Assembly: GCA_023140385.1 (NCBI GenBank)
Contig: JAGLLT010000021.1
Location: forward strand, 1,068 to 65,067
Direction of reading: 5' to 3'
Source of the DNA: Candidatus Omnitrophota bacterium
GTDB lineage: Bacteria; Omnitrophota; Gorgyraeia; JAGLLT01
Length of the DNA stretch: 64,000 nt
Of the stretch, positions 1 to 8,940 are shown one piece after another. The stretch's first letter is position 1. The number at the start of each line of letters is the position of its first letter. The translations under genes and the position numbers were made by a program. The notes under the pieces were generated by a model that ran no database searches, had not been told where the DNA came from, and saw only the letters and a program-made list of their open reading frames with translations.

Positions 1-2
1 GA

Positions 3-2246
3 AACGAACGCTTTGCTATGGACGCGTATAGAAGATTTATCCAGATGTTCGGCGACGTGGTTATGGGCGTTAAGCACGAATTATTTGAAAATCAACTGCA
101 GGTCGTTAAGACTAAGTATGAAATTAAAGAGGATACCGCACTGGATGCCGAAATGCTCAGGGAGGTAGTTGAGCGATATCTGAAAGTATATAAAAAAGAA
201 ACCCGTCAGAATTTTCCAAATGATCCTTATCTACAATTGAAGCATTCTATAAACGCGGTTTTTAATTCATGGAATAACGAGCGGGCCATAAAGTACCGCC
301 GGATTAATGATATTAAGGGCCTCCTGGGAACGGCCGTTAATGTGCAGGCGATGGTTTTTGGCAATATGGGTGAGACGTCGGGTACCGGAGTTGCTTTTAC
401 AAGGGATCCCTCTACCGGAAAGAATGAGTTTTACGGTGAGTATTTGATGAATGCTCAGGGGGAAGACGTGGTGGCCGGCATCAGGACGCCGCGGCATATT
501 GCCAGCCTTAAGAGAGTGAATAAAAAGGTATACATGCAGTTGATGAGTATCAGGAAGAAGCTGGAAGCGCACTATAAAGATATGCAGGATCTTGAGTTCA
601 CAATTCAGGAAGGCAAGCTCTTTATGCTTCAGACCAGAAACGGCAAGCGGACAGCCGCCGCCGCGGTTAAAACAGCCGTTGATATGGTGAAAGAAAAATT
701 GATAAGTGAAAAGACGGCGCTTTGCAGGATAGATCCAATGCAGCTTGATCAGCTGCTTCATCCAACCTTTGACCCGAAGATAGAAAAGAGTCAGAGTATA
801 ATAGCGAAAGGCTTGCCGGCATCTCCGGGCGCGGCCTGCGGCCGTGTAATTTTTAGTTCTGAAAAAGCCGAAGAGTGGGCGGGCCGCAAAGAGGACGTTA
901 TTTTATGCAGGATTGAAACCTCGCCTGAGGATATTGGTGGTATGGATGTGGCTAAGGGCATTCTTACTTCACGCGGCGGAATGACTTCTCACGCGGCGGT
1001 AGTAGCCCGCGGAATGGGTGTCTGCTGTGTAGCCGGCGCCGGTGAAATAGAGATTGATTATAAGGCTAAAAGGTTTAAAGCGGGTTCGGTAACTATCAAA
1101 GAAGGCGATTGGATTTCGCTTAACGGTTCAATGGGGAATGTGTATGAGGGAAAGATACGTACGGTGGAGTCTTCGCTTTCGAGTGACTTTTCAACAATAA
1201 TGAAATGGACTGACAAGTATAGAAAGCTTGGGGTCAGGGCAAACGCTGATACGCCTTTTGACGCGAAGATTGCCGTTAATTTTGGCGCTGAGGGTATCGG
1301 CCTTTGCAGGACAGAACATATGTTCTTTGAGGGCGATCGCATCATTGCCTTTAGGGAGATGATATTGGCCGATGATGAGGCCGGAAGAAAAAAGGCGCTT
1401 AAAAAACTTCTCCCTATACAGAGAAAGGATTTTGTCGGCATCTTTAAGGCTTTAAAAGGCAGGCCTTGCACTATCAGGCTGCTTGATCCTCCGCTTCATG
1501 AATTTTTGCCGCATGATGCCGCCGGACAAAAAGAAATGTCAAAGGTGATGGGCATATCCGTAATGAAAATAAAGCAAAAGATTGAGTCTTTAAAGGAATT
1601 TAATCCTATGCTGGGACATAGAGGCTGCCGACTTGGCCTTATTTACCCTGAGATATCAGAAATGCAGGTAAGGGCAATTATTGAAGCCGCTATAGTTCTT
1701 AAGAAGGCGGGGATGAAGGTACAGCCTGAAATAATGATTCCTCTGGTAGGTCATTATATGGAGCTTAAAATAGCCAGAGAGAGAGCTGAGAAGGTAATTG
1801 ATGAGGTTTTTAAAGAGAAGAAGATCAAGGTTAATTATTTAATTGGTACGATGATAGAGGTTCCCCGGGCCGCGGTTACCGCCGATGAAGTGGCTGAATA
1901 CGCTGACTTCTTTTCCTTTGGAACAAACGATCTCACGCAGATGGGCTGTGGTTTTTCAAGGGATGACGCCGGTAAATTTTTGCCTGATTATGTCTCAATG
2001 GGTATCTACGATTACGATCCCTTTCAGGTGCTTGACGCCGCGGGTGTAGGCAAGCTGATTGAAATTGCCGTCAATTTGGGCAGAAGAACAAACAAAAAAA
2101 TTAAAATCGGTATTTGCGGTGAACATGGGGGAGAGCCCAGGAGCATTGATTTCTGTAATGCCGCGGGATTAAATTACGTGAGTTGTTCTCCTTACAGGGT
2201 ACCTATTGCCAGGCTGGCCGCGGCCCAGGCTTCACTAAAGAGATAG
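3..2246 (+). CDS. ppdK: Pyruvate phosphate dikinase (5' end outside window)
   Basis: GGMTSHAAVVARG phospho-His motif, GIGLCRTEHMF, GICGEHGG; frame is open from the window start. Confidence 0.97.
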   Translation, partial: NERFAMDAYRRFIQMFGDVVMGVKHELFENQLQVVKTKYEIKEDTALDAEMLREVVERYLKVYKKETRQNFPNDPYLQLKHSINAVFNSWNNERAIKYRRINDIKGLLGTAVNVQAMVFGNMGETSGTGVAFTRDPSTGKNEFYGEYLMNAQGEDVVAGIRTPRHIASLKRVNKKVYMQLMSIRKKLEAHYKDMQDLEFTIQEGKLFMLQTRNGKRTAAAAVKTAVDMVKEKLISEKTALCRIDPMQLDQLLHPTFDPKIEKSQSIIAKGLPASPGAACGRVIFSSEKAEEWAGRKEDVILCRIETSPEDIGGMDVAKGILTSRGGMTSHAAVVARGMGVCCVAGAGEIEIDYKAKRFKAGSVTIKEGDWISLNGSMGNVYEGKIRTVESSLSSDFSTIMKWTDKYRKLGVRANADTPFDAKIAVNFGAEGIGLCRTEHMFFEGDRIIAFREMILADDEAGRKKALKKLLPIQRKDFVGIFKALKGRPCTIRLLDPPLHEFLPHDAAGQKEMSKVMGISVMKIKQKIESLKEFNPMLGHRGCRLGLIYPEISEMQVRAIIEAAIVLKKAGMKVQPEIMIPLVGHYMELKIARERAEKVIDEVFKEKKIKVNYLIGTMIEVPRAAVTADEVAEYADFFSFGTNDLTQMGCGFSRDDAGKFLPDYVSMGIYDYDPFQVLDAAGVGKLIEIAVNLGRRTNKKIKIGICGEHGGEPRSIDFCNAAGLNYVSCSPYRVPIARLAAAQASLKR

Positions 2247-2258
2247 CCGGATAAAGTT

Positions 2259-3236
2259 ATGGATATTATTAAACTTTATTTAAAAGACATAAAAGACATT
2301 CCCCTTTTAACACCCGAAAGAGAACAAAAACTTGCCAGGCGTATAAAGAGAGGCAATAGAGAGGCGCGCGCCGAGATGATACGCTCAAACCTTCGCCTGG
2401 TTATCAATATTGCCAAGAGGTACAAATATTTTGGAGTCGGCATCTCTGACCTGATAGAAGAGGGGAATCTTGGGTTGATGAAGGCGGTGCTTAAGTTTGA
2501 ACCGAAGAAGGGGTACAGATTTAGCACTTACGCGTCCTGGTGGATAAAGCAATACATAACCAGGGCCATCGCCAATCAGGGCAAGACAATCAGAATTCCC
2601 GTTTATATGGCCGAGATTATAACCCGCTGGCGAAAAGTTACGGAGCAGTTAGCTCATAAATTAGGCCGGGCTCCCAACCTCAGGGAGGTGACCAAGGTTA
2701 TGAAGATGAGCATGGAGAAGGTTAAGCAGATAAATGAAATCGCGTCTAAGGCCAGTTCTCTGGATGCTCCCATCGGTGAAGATGGTTCCGGACAGTTTAT
2801 GGACTTAATTGAGGATGAAAATATTTTATCTCCTACTGATGAGTTGGCTAAAATATTACAGAAGGAAAGAGTGAGCGCTTTGCTTAATCTTATATCAGAG
2901 AGAGAGAAGGAGATATTAAATCTGCGCTTTGGCCTGAAGGACGGGCAAAGTTACACGCTGGGTGAGACGGCAAAAAGGTTTGGTATTACGAGAGAGAGGG
3001 TAAGGCAGATAGAGGGCGCCGCTATGAAAAAGCTGAAGCTTTATCTGGCCGCTCAGGAGGGAATTGATTTAGATAAACACGAAAAATTACAAAAGAAGAA
3101 AAAAATAAAAGCCAACCTAAAAATGTCCAAAAAAAAACTTAAGGATGCGTTGCAAAAGAAGTCCGCGAAGCAAGTAAGCAAAAAAAGGCGGCCTTCTTTG
3201 ATAAAAAAGATATCAGGCAAAAAAAAGAAGAGTTAG
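2259..3236 (+). CDS. RNA polymerase sigma-70 factor (RpoD/RpoS-like, no region 1.1) with Lys-rich C-terminal tail
   Basis: NLRLVINIAKRY, DLIEEGNLGL, GYRFSTYASWWI, TRERVRQIE. Confidence 0.93.
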   Translation: MDIIKLYLKDIKDIPLLTPEREQKLARRIKRGNREARAEMIRSNLRLVINIAKRYKYFGVGISDLIEEGNLGLMKAVLKFEPKKGYRFSTYASWWIKQYITRAIANQGKTIRIPVYMAEIITRWRKVTEQLAHKLGRAPNLREVTKVMKMSMEKVKQINEIASKASSLDAPIGEDGSGQFMDLIEDENILSPTDELAKILQKERVSALLNLISEREKEILNLRFGLKDGQSYTLGETAKRFGITRERVRQIEGAAMKKLKLYLAAQEGIDLDKHEKLQKKKKIKANLKMSKKKLKDALQKKSAKQVSKKRRPSLIKKISGKKKKS

Positions 3237-3241
3237 AAAGT

Positions 3242-3318
3242 GCCCCAATAGCTCAGATGGATAGAGCACAGGTTTCCTAAACCTGGTGTCGGAGGTTCGA
3301 ATCCCCCTTGGGGCGCCA
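3242..3318 (+). tRNA. tRNA-Arg(CCT)
   Basis: Acceptor GCCCCAA/TTGGGGC, anticodon arm CAGGT-TTCCTAA-ACCTG, GGTTCGAATCC, encoded CCA; one A-C mismatch in the T stem. Confidence 0.95.
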
Positions 3319-3328
3319 ACATTGACCC

Positions 3329-3357
3329 TTGACAAGCAGTAGATTGTATGATATAGT
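3329..3357 (+). promoter_or_regulatory. Sigma70-type promoter for the outer-membrane protein gene
   Basis: TTGACA-17 bp-TATAGT with extended TG. Confidence 0.75.
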
Positions 3358-3581
3358 TTAGCCAACGTGCAGGGGGAGCACAAAATCCTGTTGGCTTTAC
3401 CATCATAGGTAGCTTTAATCTTTAGCAAGAAAGGGGGGATAAGGAGAATTAACCAAGCCGCTAGAGGTTACTTAATATATGATGATAAGCATATAAATTA
3501 GTAATTATGTATCTAAGGCTTTTGCCTTAGTCAAAAAATAAATCAAGAACTATAATTAAGACTCTTTAAAGGAGGAAATTA

Positions 3582-5048
3582 ATGAAGAAGTTAACCCTTA
3601 TATGTGCCTTAGTACTGCTGATAGTTTTTAGCGCAGTAGCTAATGCCGAAGTACAGAGAATAAGGGTCAGCGGAGATATTAGCACTTACGGTGTGTGGCA
3701 GCAGTATGATACGTTTTATTATGACGCGACAGGTGTTAACACTTCACCTGATACCACATTCTGGGCGACAACCGTAGGTCTAAATTTTGATGCTGACTTA
3801 ACCGATAACGTCTCCGGACGTTTGAGGCTTGTTAATCAGAGAATCTGGGACTATACTGATGGTGACGCGACAGCGATGGATATTGGTGTAGCTGAAGCAT
3901 ATGTTGTTCTGCAGGAGATGCTTTATGAGCCTTTAACATTGACCATTGGTCGTCAGCCGCTCTACTACGGTAGAGGTTTTGTGCTTGGCTCTAACGTCAT
4001 TGATCCTGAAGGCGACGTCTACAACAATGCTAGCCTTTCTCAGTATGACGCTTTTGATGCCATTAAGGCGGTATTGGATTATGAGAGCTTTAAGGTTGAT
4101 TTAGTTTACTCTAAAATCGACGAAGGTACAGACAACAACGTCCGCAATATGATTTCATCAAGAGACGACTTTGATCTATGGTTAGTCAATGTCGGCATAC
4201 CTTTTGATGACTATGAAGCGGAAGCAGAGCTTTATTATCTTGGTATCAATAACCAGGATACAGGCAACGTGACTACTTATTGGACAGGTCCTCGCGGGCG
4301 TGCCCTGGACGGAAACGTTGTAGTAAGAGTACCCCATCAGGAAGTTCATACAATTGGCGCGAGAGGAAGTATGGTGCCGGTTGAGAATTTAAGTATCTTT
4401 GGTGAGTTAGCCTATCAGTTTGGTGATTGGGGCACGACTGACTACAATGCGGTTCACAACGTAATCGGTTCCAAAACACTTGACATCAGCGCTTTGGGCG
4501 GTGAAGTCGGCGGCGATTATCTATTTGCTGACGTAACCGGTACTCCGAAGCTCGGTTTGTGCTATAGCTTTAGAGAAGGTGAAGATTATAACAGCTATCC
4601 TCATGAAGAAGGTGATTATGATAACTTTTATACACCGTTTATGAAGAAGTCCGACACAGTTATTTATGGCTGGAACGGACGTTACTTTGGTAACTTTGCA
4701 AACAGTGTAGATGCTAATGACACTTCATGGGATCAGAATATGCACCAGATATTGGTTTCAGGTAATATTGATCCTTTAGCTTACTGGGACATTGATGACG
4801 TTCATATGGGACTAAGATATGCCTGGTTCCACTTTGAAAATCCGCCGGTTAGCGGACGTGATAAGCATGCCGGTGACGAACTGGATGTAACCTTAACTTA
4901 TGATTACACCGAAGACGTTCAGTTTGGCCTGGTAGCCGCTTGGTTCTGGCCGGGTGATTACTACAAAGATGATAATCCTAACAACGCAGCCGGTTCTGAT
5001 GGTGACATCGTGACCAGCGTATGCGGTTCTTGTAAACTTACTTTCTAA
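3582..5048 (+). CDS. Outer-membrane beta-barrel protein, alginate-export (AlgE-like) family
   Basis: Signal peptide, LTLTIGRQPLYYGRGFVLG, FDAIK, GDELDVTLTYDY, terminal Phe; strong RBS AAGGAGG. Confidence 0.8.
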   Translation: MKKLTLICALVLLIVFSAVANAEVQRIRVSGDISTYGVWQQYDTFYYDATGVNTSPDTTFWATTVGLNFDADLTDNVSGRLRLVNQRIWDYTDGDATAMDIGVAEAYVVLQEMLYEPLTLTIGRQPLYYGRGFVLGSNVIDPEGDVYNNASLSQYDAFDAIKAVLDYESFKVDLVYSKIDEGTDNNVRNMISSRDDFDLWLVNVGIPFDDYEAEAELYYLGINNQDTGNVTTYWTGPRGRALDGNVVVRVPHQEVHTIGARGSMVPVENLSIFGELAYQFGDWGTTDYNAVHNVIGSKTLDISALGGEVGGDYLFADVTGTPKLGLCYSFREGEDYNSYPHEEGDYDNFYTPFMKKSDTVIYGWNGRYFGNFANSVDANDTSWDQNMHQILVSGNIDPLAYWDIDDVHMGLRYAWFHFENPPVSGRDKHAGDELDVTLTYDYTEDVQFGLVAAWFWPGDYYKDDNPNNAAGSDGDIVTSVCGSCKLTF

Positions 5049-5077
5049 TTTTAAGAAATGTAAGTTAGTTAAAGCAG

Positions 5078-5113
5078 AAAAGCCCCGCGAGAGTTACTCT
5101 CGCGGGGCTTTTT
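5078..5113 (+). terminator. Rho-independent terminator
   Basis: AAAAGCCCCGCGAGAG-TTA-CTCTCGCGGGGCTTTTT. Confidence 0.9.
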
Positions 5114-5115
5114 GT

Positions 5116-5144
5116 TTGACAAAAGAAAATAATTATGCTATAGT
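5116..5144 (+). promoter_or_regulatory. Sigma70-type promoter
   Basis: TTGACA-17 bp-TATAGT with extended TG. Confidence 0.75.
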
Positions 5145-5160
5145 TTAAGCGGAATTAATT

Positions 5161-5209
5161 CCTGCCTACGCTGAAGCTACGGCAGGCAGGCGTCCCGAAA
5201 CTTCGGGAC
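5161..5209. repeat. Two adjacent REP-like palindromes
   Basis: CCTGCCTACGCTGAAGCTACGGCAGGCAGG followed by GTCCCGAAACTTCGGGAC; relatives at 6794-6820 and 13846-13865. Confidence 0.65.
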
Positions 5210-5227
5210 TCATTAAGGAGGTAAGAA

Positions 5228-5596
5228 ATGGCTGATGAAGTAAGGAAAGAAGATGTAGTGAAGAAAGAAGATGTAGGCCTCAAAGAAGATAAGGAGACGC
5301 AAGAGGGTAAGGTCTGGGCGATTTTAGCTTATCTTGGAATATTGTGCCTTCTACCTTTATTACTTAAGAAAGAAAACAAGTTTGCTCTTCATCACGGCAA
5401 GCAAGGCTTGATACTTTTTATTGCTGAAATGACAGCCTTATTTGTTAATATAATTCCTGTGATTGGCCAGATAGTCTTTGGAGTTGTTTATTTGGCAGCC
5501 GGTATTTTTTCAATTGTAGGAATAGTTAAAGTTCTGATGGGTGAGTACTGGAAGGCCCCTTTAATATCTGATATAGCCGATAAGATTAAAATCTAA
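5228..5596 (+). CDS. DUF4870-like small membrane protein
   Basis: AILAYLGIL...FALHHGKQGL...KAPLI pattern, about 3 TM helices. Confidence 0.8.
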   Translation: MADEVRKEDVVKKEDVGLKEDKETQEGKVWAILAYLGILCLLPLLLKKENKFALHHGKQGLILFIAEMTALFVNIIPVIGQIVFGVVYLAAGIFSIVGIVKVLMGEYWKAPLISDIADKIKI

Positions 5597-5628
5597 AAAT
5601 GAAATTGGCAGCACATTCGAAGATAGTT

Positions 5629-5665
5629 AAAAAAACCGCTAAGTATTGCTCTTAGCGGTTTTTTT
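5629..5665 (+). terminator. Rho-independent terminator
   Basis: AAAAAAACCGCTAAG-loop-CTTAGCGGTTTTTTT. Confidence 0.85.
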
Positions 5666-5692
5666 ATAAAGTTAAAGGGGAGGGGGAGGCAG

Positions 5693-6064
5693 ATGCTATT
5701 TGGTCTTTTAGGAAAAAAGAAAAAAAATGATCGGGGAAGCGTAAAGAAAGCAGTTAAGCCTAAAGCAAAAACCCGACCCGTTAGTAAGATTAAAAAGCAG
5801 ATTGTGGGTGAGGTTACGCATTATTTTTCTAAGGTTAAGGCGGCGGTTATAAAGATTAAAAAAGGCCCCGTTAACGCGGGCGATATTATATATATAAAAG
5901 GCCATACTACCGACTTTAAGCAGAAAATTTCATCAATGCAAATAGACCGCAAGCTGGTTGATAAAGCGGCGAAAGGCAAGGAAGTTGGCGTACGGGTAAA
6001 GAGAAGAGTCAGGGTAGGCGATGTTGTATATAAAAACATAACGGGAAAGGCAGTAAAAAGATGA
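5693..6064 (+). CDS. Translation elongation factor-like beta-barrel protein
   Basis: VGEVTHYFSKVKAA...GDIIYIKGHTTDFKQ..SMQID...VRVGDVVY. Confidence 0.75.
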   Translation: MLFGLLGKKKKNDRGSVKKAVKPKAKTRPVSKIKKQIVGEVTHYFSKVKAAVIKIKKGPVNAGDIIYIKGHTTDFKQKISSMQIDRKLVDKAAKGKEVGVRVKRRVRVGDVVYKNITGKAVKR

Positions 6065-6717
6065 AGAAAGCAAAAGATAGTCATAAATATACCTTTGAGG
6101 CAGATGACCCATGGAGAGTTTTTCGTATTATGTCCGAGTTTGTTGACGGCTTTGATGACTTATCGAAGATAGGTAAAGCCGTAACATTTTTTGGGGGAAC
6201 CAAAATAAAAAAGGATAGTAAGTACTATAAACTTGCCCAAAAGGCGGCCCATAAGCTGTCTAAATGCGGCTATGCTATTGTAACCGGCGCCGGCCCGGGA
6301 ATTATGGAGGCGGCCAATCGCGGGGCAAGAGAGGCGGGAGGCATTTCAGTGGGCCTAAATATTGAAATTCCGCTTCAGCAAAAGCCTAATCCCTATATCA
6401 CTAAATCGCTATATTTTAGGTACTTTTTTGTGAGAAAGGTTATGTTTGCTAAGTATTCAAAAGCCGTTATTGTTTTTCCGGGCGGCTACGGCACTCTGGA
6501 TGAGTTTGCTGAGTTTATAACTCTACTTCAAACGGAAAAAATTGAACCATTTCCGGTAATTGTTTTTGGCAAGAAGTACTGGTCAGGCCTTTTAGAATGG
6601 CTTAAAGGCCCAATGCTAAAACACGGTTTAATAAGCAAGGAAAACCTCAATGTTTTCAAAGTAACGGATAGTGTTAATGAGGTAGCAAGTATTATTAACG
6701 GTTTTTACAATAAGTAA
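6061..6717 (+). CDS. LOG family (TIGR00730) nucleotide phosphoribohydrolase
   Basis: TGAGPGIMEAANRGA and PGGYGTLDE. Confidence 0.92.
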   Translation: MKKAKDSHKYTFEADDPWRVFRIMSEFVDGFDDLSKIGKAVTFFGGTKIKKDSKYYKLAQKAAHKLSKCGYAIVTGAGPGIMEAANRGAREAGGISVGLNIEIPLQQKPNPYITKSLYFRYFFVRKVMFAKYSKAVIVFPGGYGTLDEFAEFITLLQTEKIEPFPVIVFGKKYWSGLLEWLKGPMLKHGLISKENLNVFKVTDSVNEVASIINGFYNK

Positions 6718-6744
6718 GAAGTAAATCGCTGAGTAAAAAGACAG

Positions 6745-6773
6745 AAAACCCGGCATTATTGCCGGGTTTTTTT
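6745..6773 (+). terminator. Rho-independent terminator
   Basis: AAAACCCGGCA-loop-TGCCGGGTTTTTTT. Confidence 0.85.
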
Positions 6774-6793
6774 GTTGAGCAGGTGTTATCAAT

Positions 6794-6820
6794 CCGCCTC
6801 CGAAGCCTTGGCGAAGGAGG
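6794..6820. repeat. REP-like palindrome
   Basis: CCTCCGAAGCCTTGGCGAAGGAGG; its reverse complement aligns with the 5161 palindrome. Confidence 0.6.
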
Positions 6821-7077
6821 ATAAATGTTGTATCTTAGTGATACAAAAGGAGTTATAAGATATGTTGTGTAACCTATTGATATAAAAGAAGATATGATAG
6901 TTAGTAAGATAGAGCCGGTAATGCTTGAGGGAGGCTGTTTCCGGCTTTTTTTGTTATTAGCGAATACTTGCAGAGTATAGCGAAGTGAGTGAAGTGAGAT
7001 GAAGGTAGAAAGAGAGATTAAAAGAAAAATTATATAAACAATAAAGGAATTTGAAAAGCTCGTTTTGTGTGATGCCT

Positions 7078-7105
7078 ATGTCCTATAATGTATATTATGT
7101 TAACT
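7078..7105. other. dif site (XerCD chromosome dimer resolution site)
   Basis: ATGTCCTATAA-TGTATA-TTATGTTAACT, compared with E. coli dif GGTGCGCATAA-TGTATA-TTATGTTAAAT; lies at the point where gene orientation flips. Confidence 0.9.
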
Positions 7106-7250
7106 ACAGCATAACAAAATAGTATCTCTAACCTGTTTAAATATAGTAAGTTATAGATGATATATGGTATCTTGTGGATAAAGTTTTGTTGATTGTTAAA
7201 GTGTTTGAAACAAACTTGTCAGATTGCAGTGTGGGTGTATATAGGCGGCT

Positions 7251-8672
7251 TTAGGCGGGGTGTTGCTTTGGACGGTGCAAGGAAAATAGTTGGTTTTTTG
7301 TGGTATTTATAACTTTTAGTTGCTCTTTATATATGGGCAGAATCTTATTTTTTAATTTGCAAGGGATTTCCTCCGCTTTATAGATTTTGAGATACTTATT
7401 TTTTAAAGGTACTATCCGTAGCGTTTTTAGGTGTTTTTCAAGAAAAAAATCTATCAGCCTTCCCTTCTCTCCTCTTTTATAGGCCATATAAAAAGCCAGT
7501 TGCTGCTGTTCCTTTGATTGCTGCGACACCTCATACTGATCAGTTTTAAGGCCTCCAAGGCAAGAGTACAGCCTTTTATGCTTTATGTCGAGCATATCAC
7601 TTTTGTAACCTATTTTTTTTGTATCCATACCAAAGGCCTTCATAAAGATAGATAGCCGGGCGCACTTTGAGCAATTACAGCACCACCTGGGTTCATTGCC
7701 GGCATCCAGGGAGTCACAGGAAACTTCGTATTGACCTAAATAAGGGTATCTTTGATGAAGAAGCCCCATTAGGAACAAGTTGGTTAATGGCGTAATCACG
7801 CTTGTTACAGCGGTATTATTTGAGGTAAACTGTCCTATTATCTGATTTATATACCTTTGCCATTTTAAACTTTGATCCGGCGCCGGATAAGTAAGAAAAC
7901 CGTTTTTGCTTATAAAGGGGAAGTTCATATCCTGTTGATTTCCCATGATGATATATTTTGCTTTGTAATAGTGAACAAAAGGCAGGGCCATTAGGCAGAA
8001 CCCCAAAATCATATGTATATAGCCCAGACAGCTTTCTTTTGTATTCCAGAACTCAAAATCACAAAGTTTTTCTATTTGATTAGTTATTATATTAACCCCT
8101 ATTCCCTGCTCAGCGGAGATTTTTTGAGCCATTTTGAGCTTTAGCCTGTTTTCGGAAGGAGATTCAGTATCGTTTATATAGAGGCAAATTGGATCCACCC
8201 CGGCTTCTCTCAAGATTCCCAGTGTCGCGAGACTGTCTTTGCCGAAGGACAATGGTACAATCGCTTTATTGCTTCTTGTGTTTAAACGCCATTCAGGGGG
8301 ATACTTTACTTTTTCATCTTTAAACAGATATGAAACATTGTTATGACGCTTTAGCGTTTGCAGTAAACCATCATCATAACTGTTAATCGCGGAAGGAATT
8401 CCTTCTATGGTTAGCAGGTCTACGTAGGGCTTAATAAGGGGTGTAGATATATTTTTATATATAATGCTGTTAGTGGGCGCTACAAGAGGAATATTCGCGG
8501 TTAGCGTGTAAACTAAATTGTCCACCAGGAAATTTTTACATTCTTGCGGGTATTCGGCCCAGATATTTCCCGGATAGCTTAAGTCAAAATTGCGCCCATT
8601 TACCTTTAAGCGCAGGCCGTCTTTACGTAATTCGCATTCAATTACAAGAAGCTTATGTTTTGTTTTTCTCAT
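7251..8672 (-). CDS. PP-loop ATPase with Cys cluster, MurL/QueC-like
   Basis: VPLSFGKDS PP-loop; SC...WCCNCSKC; start could be 8672 or 8696. Confidence 0.6.
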   Translation of the reverse strand: MRKTKHKLLVIECELRKDGLRLKVNGRNFDLSYPGNIWAEYPQECKNFLVDNLVYTLTANIPLVAPTNSIIYKNISTPLIKPYVDLLTIEGIPSAINSYDDGLLQTLKRHNNVSYLFKDEKVKYPPEWRLNTRSNKAIVPLSFGKDSLATLGILREAGVDPICLYINDTESPSENRLKLKMAQKISAEQGIGVNIITNQIEKLCDFEFWNTKESCLGYIHMILGFCLMALPFVHYYKAKYIIMGNQQDMNFPFISKNGFLTYPAPDQSLKWQRYINQIIGQFTSNNTAVTSVITPLTNLFLMGLLHQRYPYLGQYEVSCDSLDAGNEPRWCCNCSKCARLSIFMKAFGMDTKKIGYKSDMLDIKHKRLYSCLGGLKTDQYEVSQQSKEQQQLAFYMAYKRGEKGRLIDFFLEKHLKTLRIVPLKNKYLKIYKAEEIPCKLKNKILPIYKEQLKVINTTKNQLFSLHRPKQHPA

Positions 8673-8934
8673 TTGCCGCGCTTTTGGCATAGGCACATTT
8701 TTTTCTTAACTCTTCCCTGCCTCTTAAAGCCTCTTCTATCGGTACACAGTTTATTATTGTGCCGTTTACAGTTTTGTGTAAGCCGAACCTTTTCTGATAA
8801 ATATCGCAGTAATATTTATTATCTTTATCTTTTTTTAAATGCTGGCAGGGGTCGCCGTCTTCACTTCCACAGCAGATGCCGCATCTTTGACATATGGCCT
8901 CAAAGTCTAAATTAACTATGGTATTTTTTATCAT
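8653..8934 (-). CDS. YkgJ-like CxxCxxCC cysteine cluster protein
   Basis: CQRCGICC...PCQHL...CDIYQKR. Confidence 0.75.
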   Translation of the reverse strand: MIKNTIVNLDFEAICQRCGICCGSEDGDPCQHLKKDKDNKYYCDIYQKRFGLHKTVNGTIINCVPIEEALRGREELRKKCAYAKSAANEKNKT

Positions 8935-8940
8935 CAGCTC

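Noticed and set aside
3242-3330. tRNA-Arg or tRNA-Gly as an integration site for an island or prophage
   Set aside because: No integrase nearby, no duplicated tRNA 3' end noticed, and the flanks look like core genes.
3360-3560. 6S RNA or a known riboswitch in the porin leader
   Set aside because: No end-to-end rod with a central bubble and no aptamer consensus that I can recognise; kept only as an unassigned structured leader.
7173-7181. Perfect DnaA box (TGTGGATAA) suggesting oriC
   Set aside because: Only one box; genes converge here rather than diverge, a dif site is 70 bp away, and dnaA/dnaN are absent.
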